Below, one piece after another: positions 1-10,222 of a stretch of DNA of 64,000 bases; position 1 is the stretch's first letter, and every line of letters begins with the position of its first letter. The notes below the pieces were generated by a model, which was not told where the DNA came from, ran no database searches, and worked only from the letters and a program-made list of their open reading frames with translations. The DNA is from Candidatus Binatia bacterium (GTDB taxonomy: Bacteria; Desulfobacterota; Binatia; Bin18), in NCBI GenBank assembly GCA_963666315.2, contig CAXXHG010000039.1, positions 96,001 through 160,000 of the forward strand, read 5' to 3'. Position numbers and translations under genes: made by a program.

Positions 1-1464
1 CAGAGATCCAAAAGGATCCGCAGATTCAAAAAGATCCACGGATACATATTGGGCCACTTTTTTCTGCCCCAAATCGGGCCTTGGCATTTAACGCGGCTTT
101 CCCTCAGGCGCGTGGAGTATTCATCGGGTTCCTCGGCCAGCACGACCAGCTCGCTGCTGATGCGTGTGCCCAAGTCCTGCATTATTTCGACGCAGACGAC
201 TATGCACTGATCTACACGGACGAAGATAGGCTAGATGCGCGGGGACAGCGATATCGACCTTTTTTTAAACCGGACTGGTCGCCCGACCTATGTCTCTCAA
301 GTGTGTATGCGTGCCGCTTTGTTGTCTATCGCCGAAATCTTGTCGAGCAGGCCGGCGGTGTTCGCCGGCCTGGAGGTATGCATGCAGACGGCTGTGTGGC
401 CTATGATCTTCTCTTGCGCTGTGTAGAACAGTCCTCGCGGGTCGGGCATATCGCGCAGGTGTTGTATCACCAGCGAGACGAGGGAGAAGGAGAGACACGT
501 TTGCGGCACGCCCGGGCCAAACGGACGCTCGAAGCCGCCTTGAACCGCAGGGAAGAAGACGCCAGCGTTGAGGACGGCCCGCTCCTGTCTACGTTCCGTG
601 TCCGCCGCCGGCTCTCCTGCTCTCCACTGGTGAGTATTATTATTCCGACCCGCGACCAGGTCGGATTCCTGCGTCGCTGTGTGCAGAGTATTGAATCGAG
701 AACAACCTATCCAACGTATGAAATCCTCATCGTTGATAATGGCAGCCAAGTACAAGAAACTCTGGCCTATCTTGCTACGCTGCCGCACGACGTCATGCGC
801 GACGATATGAGTGATGCGCCGTTTAACTTTGCTCGTGTGTGTAATCAAGCGGCGATCCAAGCACGTGGGGAGCAACTGCTTTTTCTCAACAACGATATGG
901 AGGTGATTACCCCAGAGTGGTTGGAAGCACTCCTGGAGCACGCCCAACGTCCGGAGGTCGGCGCGGTCGGGGCGCAGCTTTTATATGCAGATCTGACCTT
1001 GCAGCATGCCGGTGTTGTGCTTGGGGTCAGAGATATTGCGAGCCATGCGCATAAATATCAACCGCTCTCACAGCTGGGTTACCAGGCTTTTCCGCATCTT
1101 ATTCGTAACTATAGTGCGGTGACTGCTGCCTGTCTGATGCTGCGAAAAGCGGTATACGAAGAGGTTGGCGGCATGAACGAGGACTTAGCCGTCACCTTTA
1201 ATGACGTGGACCTGTGTTTGCGATTGCAGCAGCAGGGCTACCGCATCGTGTATACCCCGTATGCCAAGCTGTATCACTATGAGTCCAAGAGTCGCTGGTA
1301 CCAGCCGCCGCGGTCAGAGGAAGTTCAGTATATGCGTGACCACTGGGGGGGCAGTAATCGCGAACGACCCGTATTATAACCCGCATCTGACACGAGAGCG
1401 GGAAGATTTTGGTTTTGATATCAACCGGGCGCGGGCGTGGACGAGGAACCGAGAAAAAGCGTAG
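1..1464 (+). CDS. Family 2 glycosyltransferase (two GT-A domains), 5'-truncated by window edge, +1 frameshift at G7 run 1345-1351
   Basis: Motifs YTDED..PFFKPDWSPD, VSIIIPTRD, ILIVDNGS, FLNNDMEV, AVTAACL and FNDVDLCLR. The frame is open from base 3. The usual C-terminus (VIANDPYYNPHL) lies in the frame of ORF 1201..1464. Confidence 0.85.
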
Positions 1465-1547
1465 GGGCACGACGTTCCGTGATGTGTGTACCGTGATTTG
1501 CGCGCCGCAATTTTTGCGCCCTGCCCCGACCCTGATGTGGCGTGTTG

Positions 1548-2714
1548 TTACTCGCCTAATTTATACACCTCGGCCACGTTTGCGCCGATGACCTGCTGTC
1601 GCGCGGTTTCGGACAGCGGAGCCACGAGCCGCTTCAGGGCTGGAATATACTGGTCGCTATGATCGGGATGCGGGAAGTCTGACGCCCAGAAAAACTTGTC
1701 GGATCCGACAAATTCGATCAGTTTCTGGAATGCTTTCTCATCCGGGTCAGCCGAGATCCAACACTGGCGCTTAAAGTAGGTGCTGGGTTTCTCTTTGAGT
1801 TGCGTCGAGTGTGCAAGCGGGCCATCAAAAACAGCATCCATCCGGTCGAGCAGATAGCCGATCCAACCCGCCTGGGATTCGAGCACAACGACTTTGACCC
1901 GTGGAAATCGCTCAAACACGCCGTAGTGGAACAGTGAGACAAAGGCCTGCTGCATACTCTGGGCGACGAGTACGTCAAGATACCAACTAAAGTCAATCGG
2001 TTCAGTTGGGACGAGGTCGTCAAAGCGGGTAAGATGCGTAAACCTGATGGGCTCAAAGGTGGGGTGGATGGCAATGGGCACATCGAGGTCCTGGGCAGTC
2101 GCCCAGACTGCATCATAGTCCGGGTGCCCGTGCGATTTTCTCGTCCAGGTAAAGGGAGCAAAGAAGGCGCCTTTGCAGCCGTCTTTGACCGCCCGTTCAA
2201 GTTCTTTGGTCGCTTCAGCCGGATCCGTACCCGACAGATGGGCGATAGGCACGAGACGTCCACCAGACCCTGAGCAGAAGTCGACAATCCAGCGGTTATA
2301 GGCGCGGCAATAGGCGGCGGAGATTTCCGGATCTTCGATCTCACATTCCCATAACAAGCCTATCGTGGGGTAGAGGATGGCCTTGACCAGACCTTCTGCC
2401 TCGATCCGCTCCAGACGCTCTTTCGGGTCCATCGAGCCAAACGGGGCTCCAGCCAGAAACGGGCGCTCCGGACTGGGGAGGATGTCCCGCTGTCCCATCG
2501 CCCCAAGAATTCCAGGAAAGCCTTTCGGGCTTAGCCGTGACGGCTTGCCGTCAAATTCAAAATATTCCCAGCCTTCGTCGTCTTTTTTAATTCGAATAGC
2601 CCGGTCGCGGTATTGCGGCTCAAGATATTTCTCCCACAAATCGGGGGGCTCTAAGATGTGGCCATCTCAATCAATTGCGCCCTCAAGACTGACTTCCCCG
2701 TTACCTGCTGACAT
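1548..2714 (-). CDS. Amidohydrolase_2-family metal-dependent hydrolase/decarboxylase with in-frame TGA at codon 16 (2669-2667)
   Basis: An AGAAGGAG RBS precedes the ATG at 2714. The frame reads MSAGNGEVSLEGAID*DGHILEPPDLWEKYL into ORF 1548..2639. Motifs AYNRWIVDFC, IHP, LESQAGW and WASDFPHPD. Confidence 0.85.
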
Positions 2715-2937
2715 AGCGGCCTCCTTCTCTGTTTCCTGTCTGTATAGTCTATTTCCCCATACCCGCAATCAGAGAGAAATGCCAGTCTTTTTCTTAAGGA
2801 CTTAACCCTCGGGTCTCTCTACATCTTTTCCATAAGCGATACCATCGATACGGTATTGATGCTGGTGGCGGCGCGGAACCTCCCTTTCCTTCACGTTCCA
2901 GACAGGGGCCGAGATTGTGGTAGCTAACTTATAATTT

Positions 2938-3587
2938 ATGCTGCAGTCCTTGACCCGTAACCAATTCTTTATGCTCTCAGGGCTGCTTGTACTCATCCTC
3001 GACGTTGTCTTGACGTGTATATGGATGAATGGTGCTTTGCCTACCGACTCGAATGGCGACTTCTTTCAAACCCTCTCCCTGAGCCTCTTTTTTTTACGCT
3101 TGTGACCGGTGGATTCTTACTGACCCGGTATCGTCTCCCTCGGAGCTATTGGATAATCCCGATCTTCGCCCTTATCGCGGCTATAGAAGAATCGGCATGG
3201 ATCAACATGGTCTTTGGACGGCCGCTGGTCGTGTTGGGTGAGGAACACTATAATCTGCATGACTTCTTCGGCACGGCGTATCTTCTCCTAAAGGAGGCTG
3301 AGCTCGGGTGGGGAAGTGCAGTTGTTGGTGGTGGAGTGCTCTTTGGCGCTGGAGCGTTCTTTTTTCACAGTCTGGAATCCTTTTTCGTGTACCGTCGGCC
3401 GCTGCTTATCGCGGGTCTGGCTGTCGGGTTTCTGGTGCTGGCTCAGGTGAGTGATGCGGTTACGAAGATGGGAGGGTATAAGAAAACAGGCCAGAGCCCG
3501 ATCAGTATGATTGTGGAAGAACTGCTTGAAAACAATGCAGCGTTGCTCTTTTTGCTGGCAGCAGTGGCATTGCACTATGAGAAATGA
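2938..3587 (+). CDS. Multi-pass membrane protein, probably frameshifted at T8 run 3088-3095
   Basis: The ATG at 2938 opens a hydrophobic frame (MLQSLTRNQFFMLSGLLVLILDVV...SLSLFF). One extra T would join it to ORF 3015..3587. Motifs EESAW, NLHD and EELLE lie between TM segments. Confidence 0.55.
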
Positions 3588-3695
3588 CGGGATTGAAGCA
3601 GAGTTTCCCTCTTGCCAACGTGAAGGACTAGGCGCTCTAGTTCTTCAGCAGCGGAACTGGTAAGGAAAGCAGCACTGACAGAAGGAGATCGTATT

Positions 3696-3878
3696 ATGCT
3701 GGGTACTTTAATCGGATTTGGAATGGGCGTGGCCATATTCGTCGGGGCGTGGTCCGCTTCGAGTTTTGGCGAGGGCCATGTTTCAACAGGGGCAATAACT
3801 TTAGGCGTGTTAGGCGCGATCAGTGTGACCGTGCTGGTTTCGGTGCTCGCCAGGCTCGAGCACCCAGGGCCGGAGTAA
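3696..3878 (+). CDS. Small two-TM membrane protein
   Basis: A GAAGGAG RBS lies upstream and the product has two hydrophobic segments. Confidence 0.5.
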   Translation: MLGTLIGFGMGVAIFVGAWSASSFGEGHVSTGAITLGVLGAISVTVLVSVLARLEHPGPE

Positions 3879-4013
3879 GAACCCAAGAGGCTCGTTTTTC
3901 GATATTCTTTTCGCGGCCGGCCGTGCTCTAAAACCGTCGGCCACACAGGCTACTTCGAGACTGAGAAGAGAATTCTTGTCCCCCCAGACGGGCGAACGGG
4001 AGGGACAAGCTCA

Positions 4014-4346
4014 TTAAAACAGGGTGCCTGTACACCTCGCCGTTGCTCCGATAGCACTCTCCCGTGCATTGAGCACGTCACAAAGGCCGTTGCCGTCTGC
4101 ATCTGCGGCTACAGCAGAGCAGTCAGACCCTGGGGGGAATACATTCGCAGAATCACAAATTGGTAGCCGGCAGTCGCCGTTGCCCAGAAAGTTTTCTAGT
4201 ACGTTTGCCGCTATGTTGAGCGCTTCGCCGTTATGACAAACTTGCAGCCCACCGAGGGGTACATGCGCCTTGGCCCACACGAGGTCTGACCCTGGCAGCG
4301 TGAGTAGGAAGGCTCCGACAATAGATAATATGAGCATTCGTTTCAT
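4014..4346 (-). CDS. Small secreted Cys-rich protein
   Basis: Signal peptide MKRMLILSIVGAFLLTLPGSDLVWA, six Cys in the mature part, and a DADGNG Ca-loop-like motif. Confidence 0.6.
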   Translation of the reverse strand: MKRMLILSIVGAFLLTLPGSDLVWAKAHVPLGGLQVCHNGEALNIAANVLENFLGNGDCRLPICDSANVFPPGSDCSAVAADADGNGLCDVLNARESAIGATARCTGTLF

Positions 4347-4465
4347 ACATATTTTCCTTAGATAGACTAATACAGATAAGACTCGCATCGATCGGGTCGC
4401 CCGTTTTTTTCTAGGTTAGGCCATGAGCATGAATATCTCCAATGCTCCGCAGAGAGGGTTTTTCG

Positions 4466-4481
4466 TACTCCCCTAGGAGTA
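4466..4481. promoter_or_regulatory. 7-2-7 inverted repeat TACTCCC-CT-AGGAGTA, resembling a NarL/LuxR-family operator
   Basis: The palindrome is seen about 120 bp upstream of the 4346 start. Its function is inferred. Confidence 0.35.
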
Positions 4482-4550
4482 GAGGACGCCTCTATTTTGC
4501 ACTGACTCGCTGCAAGCCACACATGGAATGAACATGCCAGCCGAGCGACA

Positions 4551-5015
4551 TCAGTAGACCGGATACTCTTCTAGAAGGGGCGCCTCGAAGCCTAGCCCAG
4601 GCTCAGCTTTTGGAATCGACTGTTGAGAGGTCTCACTTGTAAGATAATTCCGTAATAGCGGTGATACGCGTTGTAACCCGGCTCTCGTCGCCGTATCGAT
4701 TCGGCCGGTTTTCGGGAGATCCTGATCTCGCTGGAACCGGCTGATCTCCACGCGCGTTCTTGGCCCCATGATTCCATCCTGTGGGCCAGGGTCATAGCCC
4801 GCGTCTTCCAAAACACCCTGCACCCAGAAGACTTCGAGATTTGCCCCTTTATCAAAATTAATGGGCGGGAGGACTAGGGGCGGTGGGGGCGGAGCAGGCC
4901 GCAGGGCAGGCGGCGAAGCGGGCCGCGGAGCAGGCGGGGATGTTGCCGCACACGAGCAAAAGGTGAGTAACAGGACCCAGCTCCCGGCCCTTTTCCACAG
5001 TGCAGACGTCCACAT
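4551..5015 (-). CDS. Putative lipoprotein with Pro-rich linker and PG_binding_1 peptidoglycan-binding domain
   Basis: Lipobox-like LLTFCSC, and VQGVLEDAGYDPGPQDGIMGPRTRVEISRFQRDQDLPKTGRID matches the PGBD pattern. Confidence 0.75.
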   Translation of the reverse strand: MWTSALWKRAGSWVLLLTFCSCAATSPPAPRPASPPALRPAPPPPPLVLPPINFDKGANLEVFWVQGVLEDAGYDPGPQDGIMGPRTRVEISRFQRDQDLPKTGRIDTATRAGLQRVSPLLRNYLTSETSQQSIPKAEPGLGFEAPLLEEYPVY

Positions 5016-5157
5016 ACGGTCAACGGGTAACATAAAGAGAGAGTCTCATCAATCAATAATTCGTGCGACAATTCGTAAGCGGCTCATGAATACTGAGAAA
5101 CTCATCTTAAAGCCGACAGTCGGAATCAAACCAGACTGTAAGCCAGCAGTCCCGCGC

Positions 5158-5430
5158 TTATTTCCTTGTTATTCTTGACCCCATCATGAGGAGAAGAGTT
5201 CCTACCAGGCCGCCGCCGTAACCAACGGACAGCGGGTACCATAGTCCCCACGCAATCAGGGCGTACCATGGTGCTGCGACAAAAGTCACAGGCGCTAGCG
5301 CAAAGCCAATCAGCAATCCCCAACCCCCAGCAACATCGTTCACAATGGCCAAGCAGATCATGAAGCCCCACAGGCCATAGACAATCCAGACGACTGCGCC
5401 GATCAGTTTGAGGATGTCCCCGGCCGTCAT
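5158..5430 (-). CDS. Small membrane protein (start uncertain)
   Basis: The C-terminal part of ORF 5158..5577 has three hydrophobic segments. Confidence 0.5.
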   Translation of the reverse strand: MTAGDILKLIGAVVWIVYGLWGFMICLAIVNDVAGGWGLLIGFALAPVTFVAAPWYALIAWGLWYPLSVGYGGGLVGTLLLMMGSRITRK

Positions 5431-5871
5431 ATCAGACAAGTGGCTGACTAGGCGGCGAATTTGGGTGTCGGCTAGGGGCTTCACGGAGATCCACAACGAC
5501 CTCAAGCTCTCCGCTACGGAATCCGCACTCGTGGTCTTATTTCTTGAACGACTACGTGGCCGGTGACTCATTGGCATTTTCTTCCTACCTTTCTAGCCAT
5601 TCGGATAAAGTGGCTGCCCCTCGACTTGGACAAGGTGTCAAGGTGTTTTGACCAGACTCTTCCTCCACCTTTACAGAACGGGAGCGTTACGGGTGCTATG
5701 AACAGCCCGGTCAGAATTAATAAGGATGGGTGCTTTGAAGGGGGAGCGTGACATATACGTTTAGTCAGTCGGTATATGCGTCCGGTCTTTTACCGGCCTC
5801 ATTGTTGGAGTGAGAGATTTGAGAAGAAGGGTTTTTTAGCTTATTTGACTTCCGCCTTCTCCCCCTCTCTA

Positions 5872-6215
5872 CATCGGCGGACAGGTACGTTATGGGAAGG
5901 GCGCTATCGGGCCACCCTCATCGACACAAATGGTTGGCGATGCGCGCTTCTATCCGTGGTCGAGTTATCGGTGGCATGCGGAAGGGAAGGCCGGCGCGCT
6001 GATTGCGGATCAGCGTTTGTATTGAGCGTGAGGTAAGACGGCGGGGCACGCCGGCGGGCGTATCGAGACCTGTGCTTCGTTGCCATTCGGGAGGCGACGA
6101 ACAAAGGCTGGGTGTGAGGCAGTACTTGGTATAAGAAGGCCATGGCGGCCCACCTCCCTCGATGGGTGGCGCCGTTACCCAATACGCAAGGGTCGTATTC
6201 GGAAACAGACTCTTT
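5872..6215 (+). pseudogene. Remnant of REP-associated tyrosine transposase (RAYT, Y1/HUH)
   Basis: HRRTGTLWEGRYRATLID, then WSSYRWHA and IREATNKGW in other frames. It has stops and internal deletions and is followed by a TTAATCGAGTCTGACC REP-like end. Confidence 0.65.
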
Positions 6216-6239
6216 AATCGAGTCTGACCTAGTCTGACC

Positions 6240-7666
6240 CTGAGGGATCCCCACGAATAGGAGTAATTTCGAGGAAGTTCATGGGGGTTCACGCGGCCCT
6301 GTTGCGAGTGGTCGCCGCCGCCTCGATCAGCGGGCACAGACAATGGGACTGACTACTCTCCAGCAACGATTCCCACGCGCCGGTGAGGTCCTGTGCAGTG
6401 AGTGTGGTCCGTCTATCGGCACTCACGATGAAGCCAATAAAAATCGTCGAGAGGACTGTCCGCCGCCTCACGGTGTTGGCTTGATATTGCCACTGTTGGC
6501 CTGTTAATTCCGTCGCTTTCCCCATCAGCCAAGCCACCATCAAGGCCAACAGCGCAATCAACAACAGGACTTGTAAACGTTCGACGTGCTGGGTCAGATG
6601 GTGTTCCAATGACAACCCAAAGCGCGTGCTCTTGAGATCGCGGAAAGCTTCTTCGATTTGCATGCGCAAGGCATACCACGCAACAACCTGCTTGGCGAAG
6701 TGAGAACATGGCGGGAGCGAGGTGGCTAAGAGCCACGGTTCTGTGGTTGAGACGGCGTATCGTCGACTGCGGGCATTCCGCGCTTTGTGCCCGAGGCGAT
6801 TCTTATGCACGCGTCCTTGGGACGGGGCGTTGTACAGCACGAGGTGGCAGGCCAGGGGGTTGCTCTGGGCCATGCAAGCTTGCCCCAGGGCTTGGGGTGT
6901 TTTGGTGGCCAGGAGGTACAGGGCTTTACAGGGAAACCAGGGCTCCTCCTCCGCTAATTGTACAAACGTCCGGTTCCTGACGCGCCCGAGCCAATCCCAG
7001 CCCAACGACTCGACTAACTTAAACCAGGGGACGCGAAAGCCGGCGTCGGAAACGATGAGGGGGGAGCAATCCGCCGCTAACATCCCCTTCAGTGTCTGCA
7101 GAAAATGGCGATGGCTCTTGGGTTTTTCTTTGGTCTGGATCGTATGCACTTTCTCATACAAGGTGACCGACCGCCCTTTCACCGCTACGGCAGCGCGCAG
7201 TAAAAAATGGCGCTTGCAGTTACCCAGGTCCGACCAATCCACCAGGATGATGGGGCGGTGGCACCTGCCGATAAGCCGGCGAACCAGCTCCGCATAAATG
7301 GCGCCACGTTCCCGGTGGAGGTGCGTGTTCGATAACAAGCGGTCCGCTCGTTTAATGCAATGCTTCTGTTTCGCCCGGCTCGCGATGGAGCGGCCTAAAG
7401 CCGTCACCGTCAAGCGTGCCCCGGACAAGGCGGCCAGCACAGTCACCTCAAGGGCCCGCCGCCGGGCTTGATGCATGGTGGAACAGGTGTCGTTGAGCAA
7501 TGTGCGTAAGACGTGTTAAGCTGGCACGGTGCGGTCTCCTCTGATCCTGATTTTGCTCCGCATTAGAGCAGATCGAGACGCACCGGACCGGTCCCCTGGA
7601 GGGATCGATTTTTTTATCCTCTTGTTTTTAGACGCTTTTTTGGTGTGATTCGTGGGGATCCCTCAG
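6240..7666 (-). mobile_element. IS4-family (IS10-like) insertion sequence with intact ends
   Basis: Perfect 19-bp terminal IRs CTGAGGGATCCCCACGAAT (6240-6258 and 7648-7666), and 9-bp flanking direct repeats AGTCTGACC (6231-6239 and 7667-7675). Confidence 0.92.
6289..7527 (-). CDS. IS4-family DDE transposase; TAA at codon 4 of the RBS-supported GTG start
   Basis: Motifs ILVDWS, IVSDAGF and YALRMQIEEAFRDLK (YREK). An AGGAG RBS precedes GTG 7527, followed by GTG CCA GCT TAA in frame with ORF 6289..7500. Confidence 0.9.
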
Positions 7667-7812
7667 AGTCTGACCAGTCTGACCCGACTTCTATTTACTT
7701 CCCAAAGTAATCTGCCGGACCACAGACCCTGATCACATATTCAGGACCTTTGACCAGCTCAAGGTTTCTGTACCAGTGTGAGAGTTAGGGATAAGCGAGT
7801 TCTGTTGCCCAG

Positions 7813-8103
7813 ATGGAAAAGTTCGGGGTGCTGGTTGCGCCAGTCTTATCTGTTGCCGAGACCGTCACGTATCCGCATCTGCGCGCACGTGGCGCCGTCC
7901 GGACGCTCAAAGATCCGCTGGCCGGTGAATTCGACATTCCCGGTATGCCGCTGCGGTTCTCACGTTTTCCGGAAGATCTCCCCCTCCAAGCCCCGACCCT
8001 GGGTCAGCACAATGAGGAAATCCTGACCTCGTATCTGAAGCGCTCGCCAGAAGAGCTACAGAAACTGCGCGAAGCGGGGGTGTTGGCGGAGAAAAATTCG
8101 TAG
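7813..8103 (+). pseudogene. C-terminal fragment of CaiB/BaiF (family III) CoA-transferase
   Basis: APVLSVAE..PHLRARG...APTLGQHNEEIL C-terminal motif. The N-terminus is missing. Confidence 0.75.
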
Positions 8104-8116
8104 ACAGGAGGCATCT

Positions 8117-8310
8117 ATGCCGACCCAAGGCAGCCAACACGTTCTCAGCGGGCTGCGCGTGCTCGACTTTATGCGCGCGCTGGCCGGGCCAACCTGCAGT
8201 CGCATCCTGGTCGAGATGGGTGCCGATGTCATCAAAGTCGAATCTGCCCCTTATGGTGATTTGGGCCGCAACGCCTCCGTCTTTCGCAGTAAGCGCAGCC
8301 TGGTTCACGT
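8117..8310 (+). pseudogene. N-terminal fragment of a second family III CoA-transferase, truncated near the IS30 end
   Basis: GGAGG RBS, then LSGLRVLDFMRALAGPTCSRILVEMGADVIKVESAPYGD...KRSL. Confidence 0.8.
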
Positions 8311-8332
8311 CCAGCCCCTCTCCCCTGGATTC

Positions 8333-8622
8333 TCTAGATTCACAAACCAAGTGCAACACGAGCTGGATAAGGTGTTGTCATGGACAAGAGATACAGACAA
8401 CTTTCAGTTGAGGAGCGGTGGAAGATTGCCGGTCTTCAAGGCGCGGGGAGCTCGCTCCGGCAAGTTGCAGCAGCTGTGGATCGCGCGCCATCGACCATTG
8501 CTCGCGAGATAAAGCGGAACCAGGGCACCCAGGGGGCCTACACCCCGGCCTATGCCGATCAGCAGGCTTGCGCCCGGAGGTGGAACGGCTCGAAGCTGGA
8601 ACGCAAGAAGGAGCTGCGCGTC
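8333..8622 (+). mobile_element. IS30-family fragment (left end and N-terminal HTH of transposase only)
   Basis: MDKRYRQLSVEERWKI..SLRQVAAAVDRAPSTIAREIKRN from ATG 8380. The upstream CTAGATTCACAAACCAAGTGCAACA resembles an IS30 IR. Confidence 0.75.
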
Positions 8623-9884
8623 AAGGCCCTGGTCAAACCCGTTGTCGTACACAACCACCTCGCCGCCGTCCTCATACCAAATCTTGATCCGAAAGGTATC
8701 GTCAGCGTCCGGGTCCCGATCCTTGGCCCAGATCATAAACTTGAAGTCCTCGCCATTGGGAGCCACGGCGCCGTTGATGGTTCCTGACCCCTTGTACTGG
8801 GCATTCGTGCCATTCTGGCTGACCACCAGCCAGTCATAGGTAGAGGAATGGAAGTCGAGGTCCCCGCCTTGAAGTTGAATTCGGTGTTCCCCGTCGGAAC
8901 GTTGGCGCCCTTCTTGTACTTAGACACAAATCCAAAGTTGGCTTTGCCGGTCGTGTCGGTGGTGCACTCCGCGAAGTAACCTGCCCCCTGTGGCGAATCA
9001 ATCCAACCACCGCCAGTCACAAACCCCCCCCCGTCTGGATCAAAGACAACTGCGAACTGGAACACGGCCTCGTGTGAGTTGTCAGCCTCTGAGTTGTCAG
9101 CCTCGGCTGTTACTGTCAGCGTGACGGTATAGACTCCCGCAGCGGTATACGTATGGCTTCCAGTCACTGATCCAGAGCCTGCACTTTTTGTCAGCGTGCA
9201 ATCGATATCAGTGCCCGTGTTGCATATATCATCATCTCCCCAACCCCAGACTGCCGTGTGGGTATCGTCCGGGTTCGGATCAATGAAAGTGGCACTAAAA
9301 GCGCTCATAACAGTGTCTACTTCAACCGGGTTCTCTGGCCCGATGATCCCCTCAATCGTTGGCGCAGCCGCATCTAGGGTTACTGGTGGGTCGCCTGGGC
9401 CGAGTTCGGTCGTCTCGCCCTGGAACTCAACTACAATTGGCGCCGTGCTCCCTTGTGCATTTGTGATCTCGAGTTCGTCGTCAGCGACCGCCTCTTTGAC
9501 TATCACCGTCGAACCACTGAGGGCTGTCACAACAATCGCGCCCAAAACGATCTCGATCGCTCCCGCTAGCACTCGTGTCGTCAGGGAGCCGCAGGTGACA
9601 AGGATCGAGTCGCTGTCAGTGAGGATCATCGTTGCAGGCGGCTCAAGGTTGCACGCGGTGATACGAGCAGGCCCCGGACCGGCCCGTATCTCCATGGCGT
9701 CAATCTGTAGCCCTGTATCTGGCGCAGCGTCCACGACTGTGACAAGCAGACCATCCCGATTAAGGATGGCACCGAAGCTCATACCACCCAAGGCTTGGTC
9801 GGTGAAACGCCTGGGTGTCACTGATCGGGGGGTTCTCTTATAGCGCGACTCTCTCGGGGCTCGGTTCCCGGCAGGCCCCAACAC
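8623..9884 (-). pseudogene. PKD-domain surface protein fragment, frameshifted at C4 run 8862-8865, 3' end abutting IS30
   Basis: PKD motifs WGWGD and SHTYTAAGVYTVTLTV, then GFVTGGGWIDSP..ANFGFVSKYKKG. The continuation DLDFHSSTYDWLVVSQ...FRIKIW..VYDN is in the 8404..8826 frame. Confidence 0.7.
9075..9104. repeat. 15-bp perfect tandem duplication (EADNS x2) inside the PKD gene
   Basis: TGAGTTGTCAGCCTC occurs twice in tandem. Confidence 0.9.
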
Positions 9885-9932
9885 GTAATCCAGCGGCTCG
9901 TCATGGTATCTGCTTGTAGAGCGTGGGTTCGC

Positions 9933-10114
9933 TCATGACTCACTGTATGCAGCGTACGCTCCATAATGAGGCGGCTCAAGCGAGCGGAGTGATCGAAATG
10001 ACTGGCATTTTTACACCTCCGGGATTGACAGACGAAAAAGAGGGCGGGTAAGTACTTCAACTACTTTGCACGAAAGTGGCGGAAATGGCAGATGCGCAGG
10101 ATTCAGGGTCCTGT
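9933..10114 (+). repeat. Diverged direct repeat of the tRNA-Leu upstream region plus 5' half of the tRNA (partner 10701-10881)
   Basis: Colinear similarity including TTGACA (10025 and 10792) and ACGAAAGTGGCGGAAATGGCAGATGCGCAGGATTCAGGGTCCTGT (10070-10114). It stops just after the anticodon stem. Confidence 0.9.
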
Positions 10115-10222
10115 ATATCAATATATGCAAGCCTGGCCCTCTTGAACCTCCTTGTTAGTCCTCCCCCCTGTCAGAGTTCCGTTACTGAGCGTCGCCTTCC
10201 CACATGTTTTGGCCGTTCTTCT

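Noticed and set aside
4-41. Imperfect 18-bp duplication (IQKDP x2) at the window start
   Set aside because: It is an in-frame two-copy coding repeat cut by the window edge and cannot be interpreted.
7798-7812. IS6-like terminal repeat GAGTTCTGTTGC at the CoA-transferase break
   Set aside because: The match is short, with no partner IR and no transposase.
10070-10114. Second functional or split tRNA-Leu
   Set aside because: There is no variable arm, T-arm or 3' acceptor strand, the first base is changed, and no separate 3' half is present.
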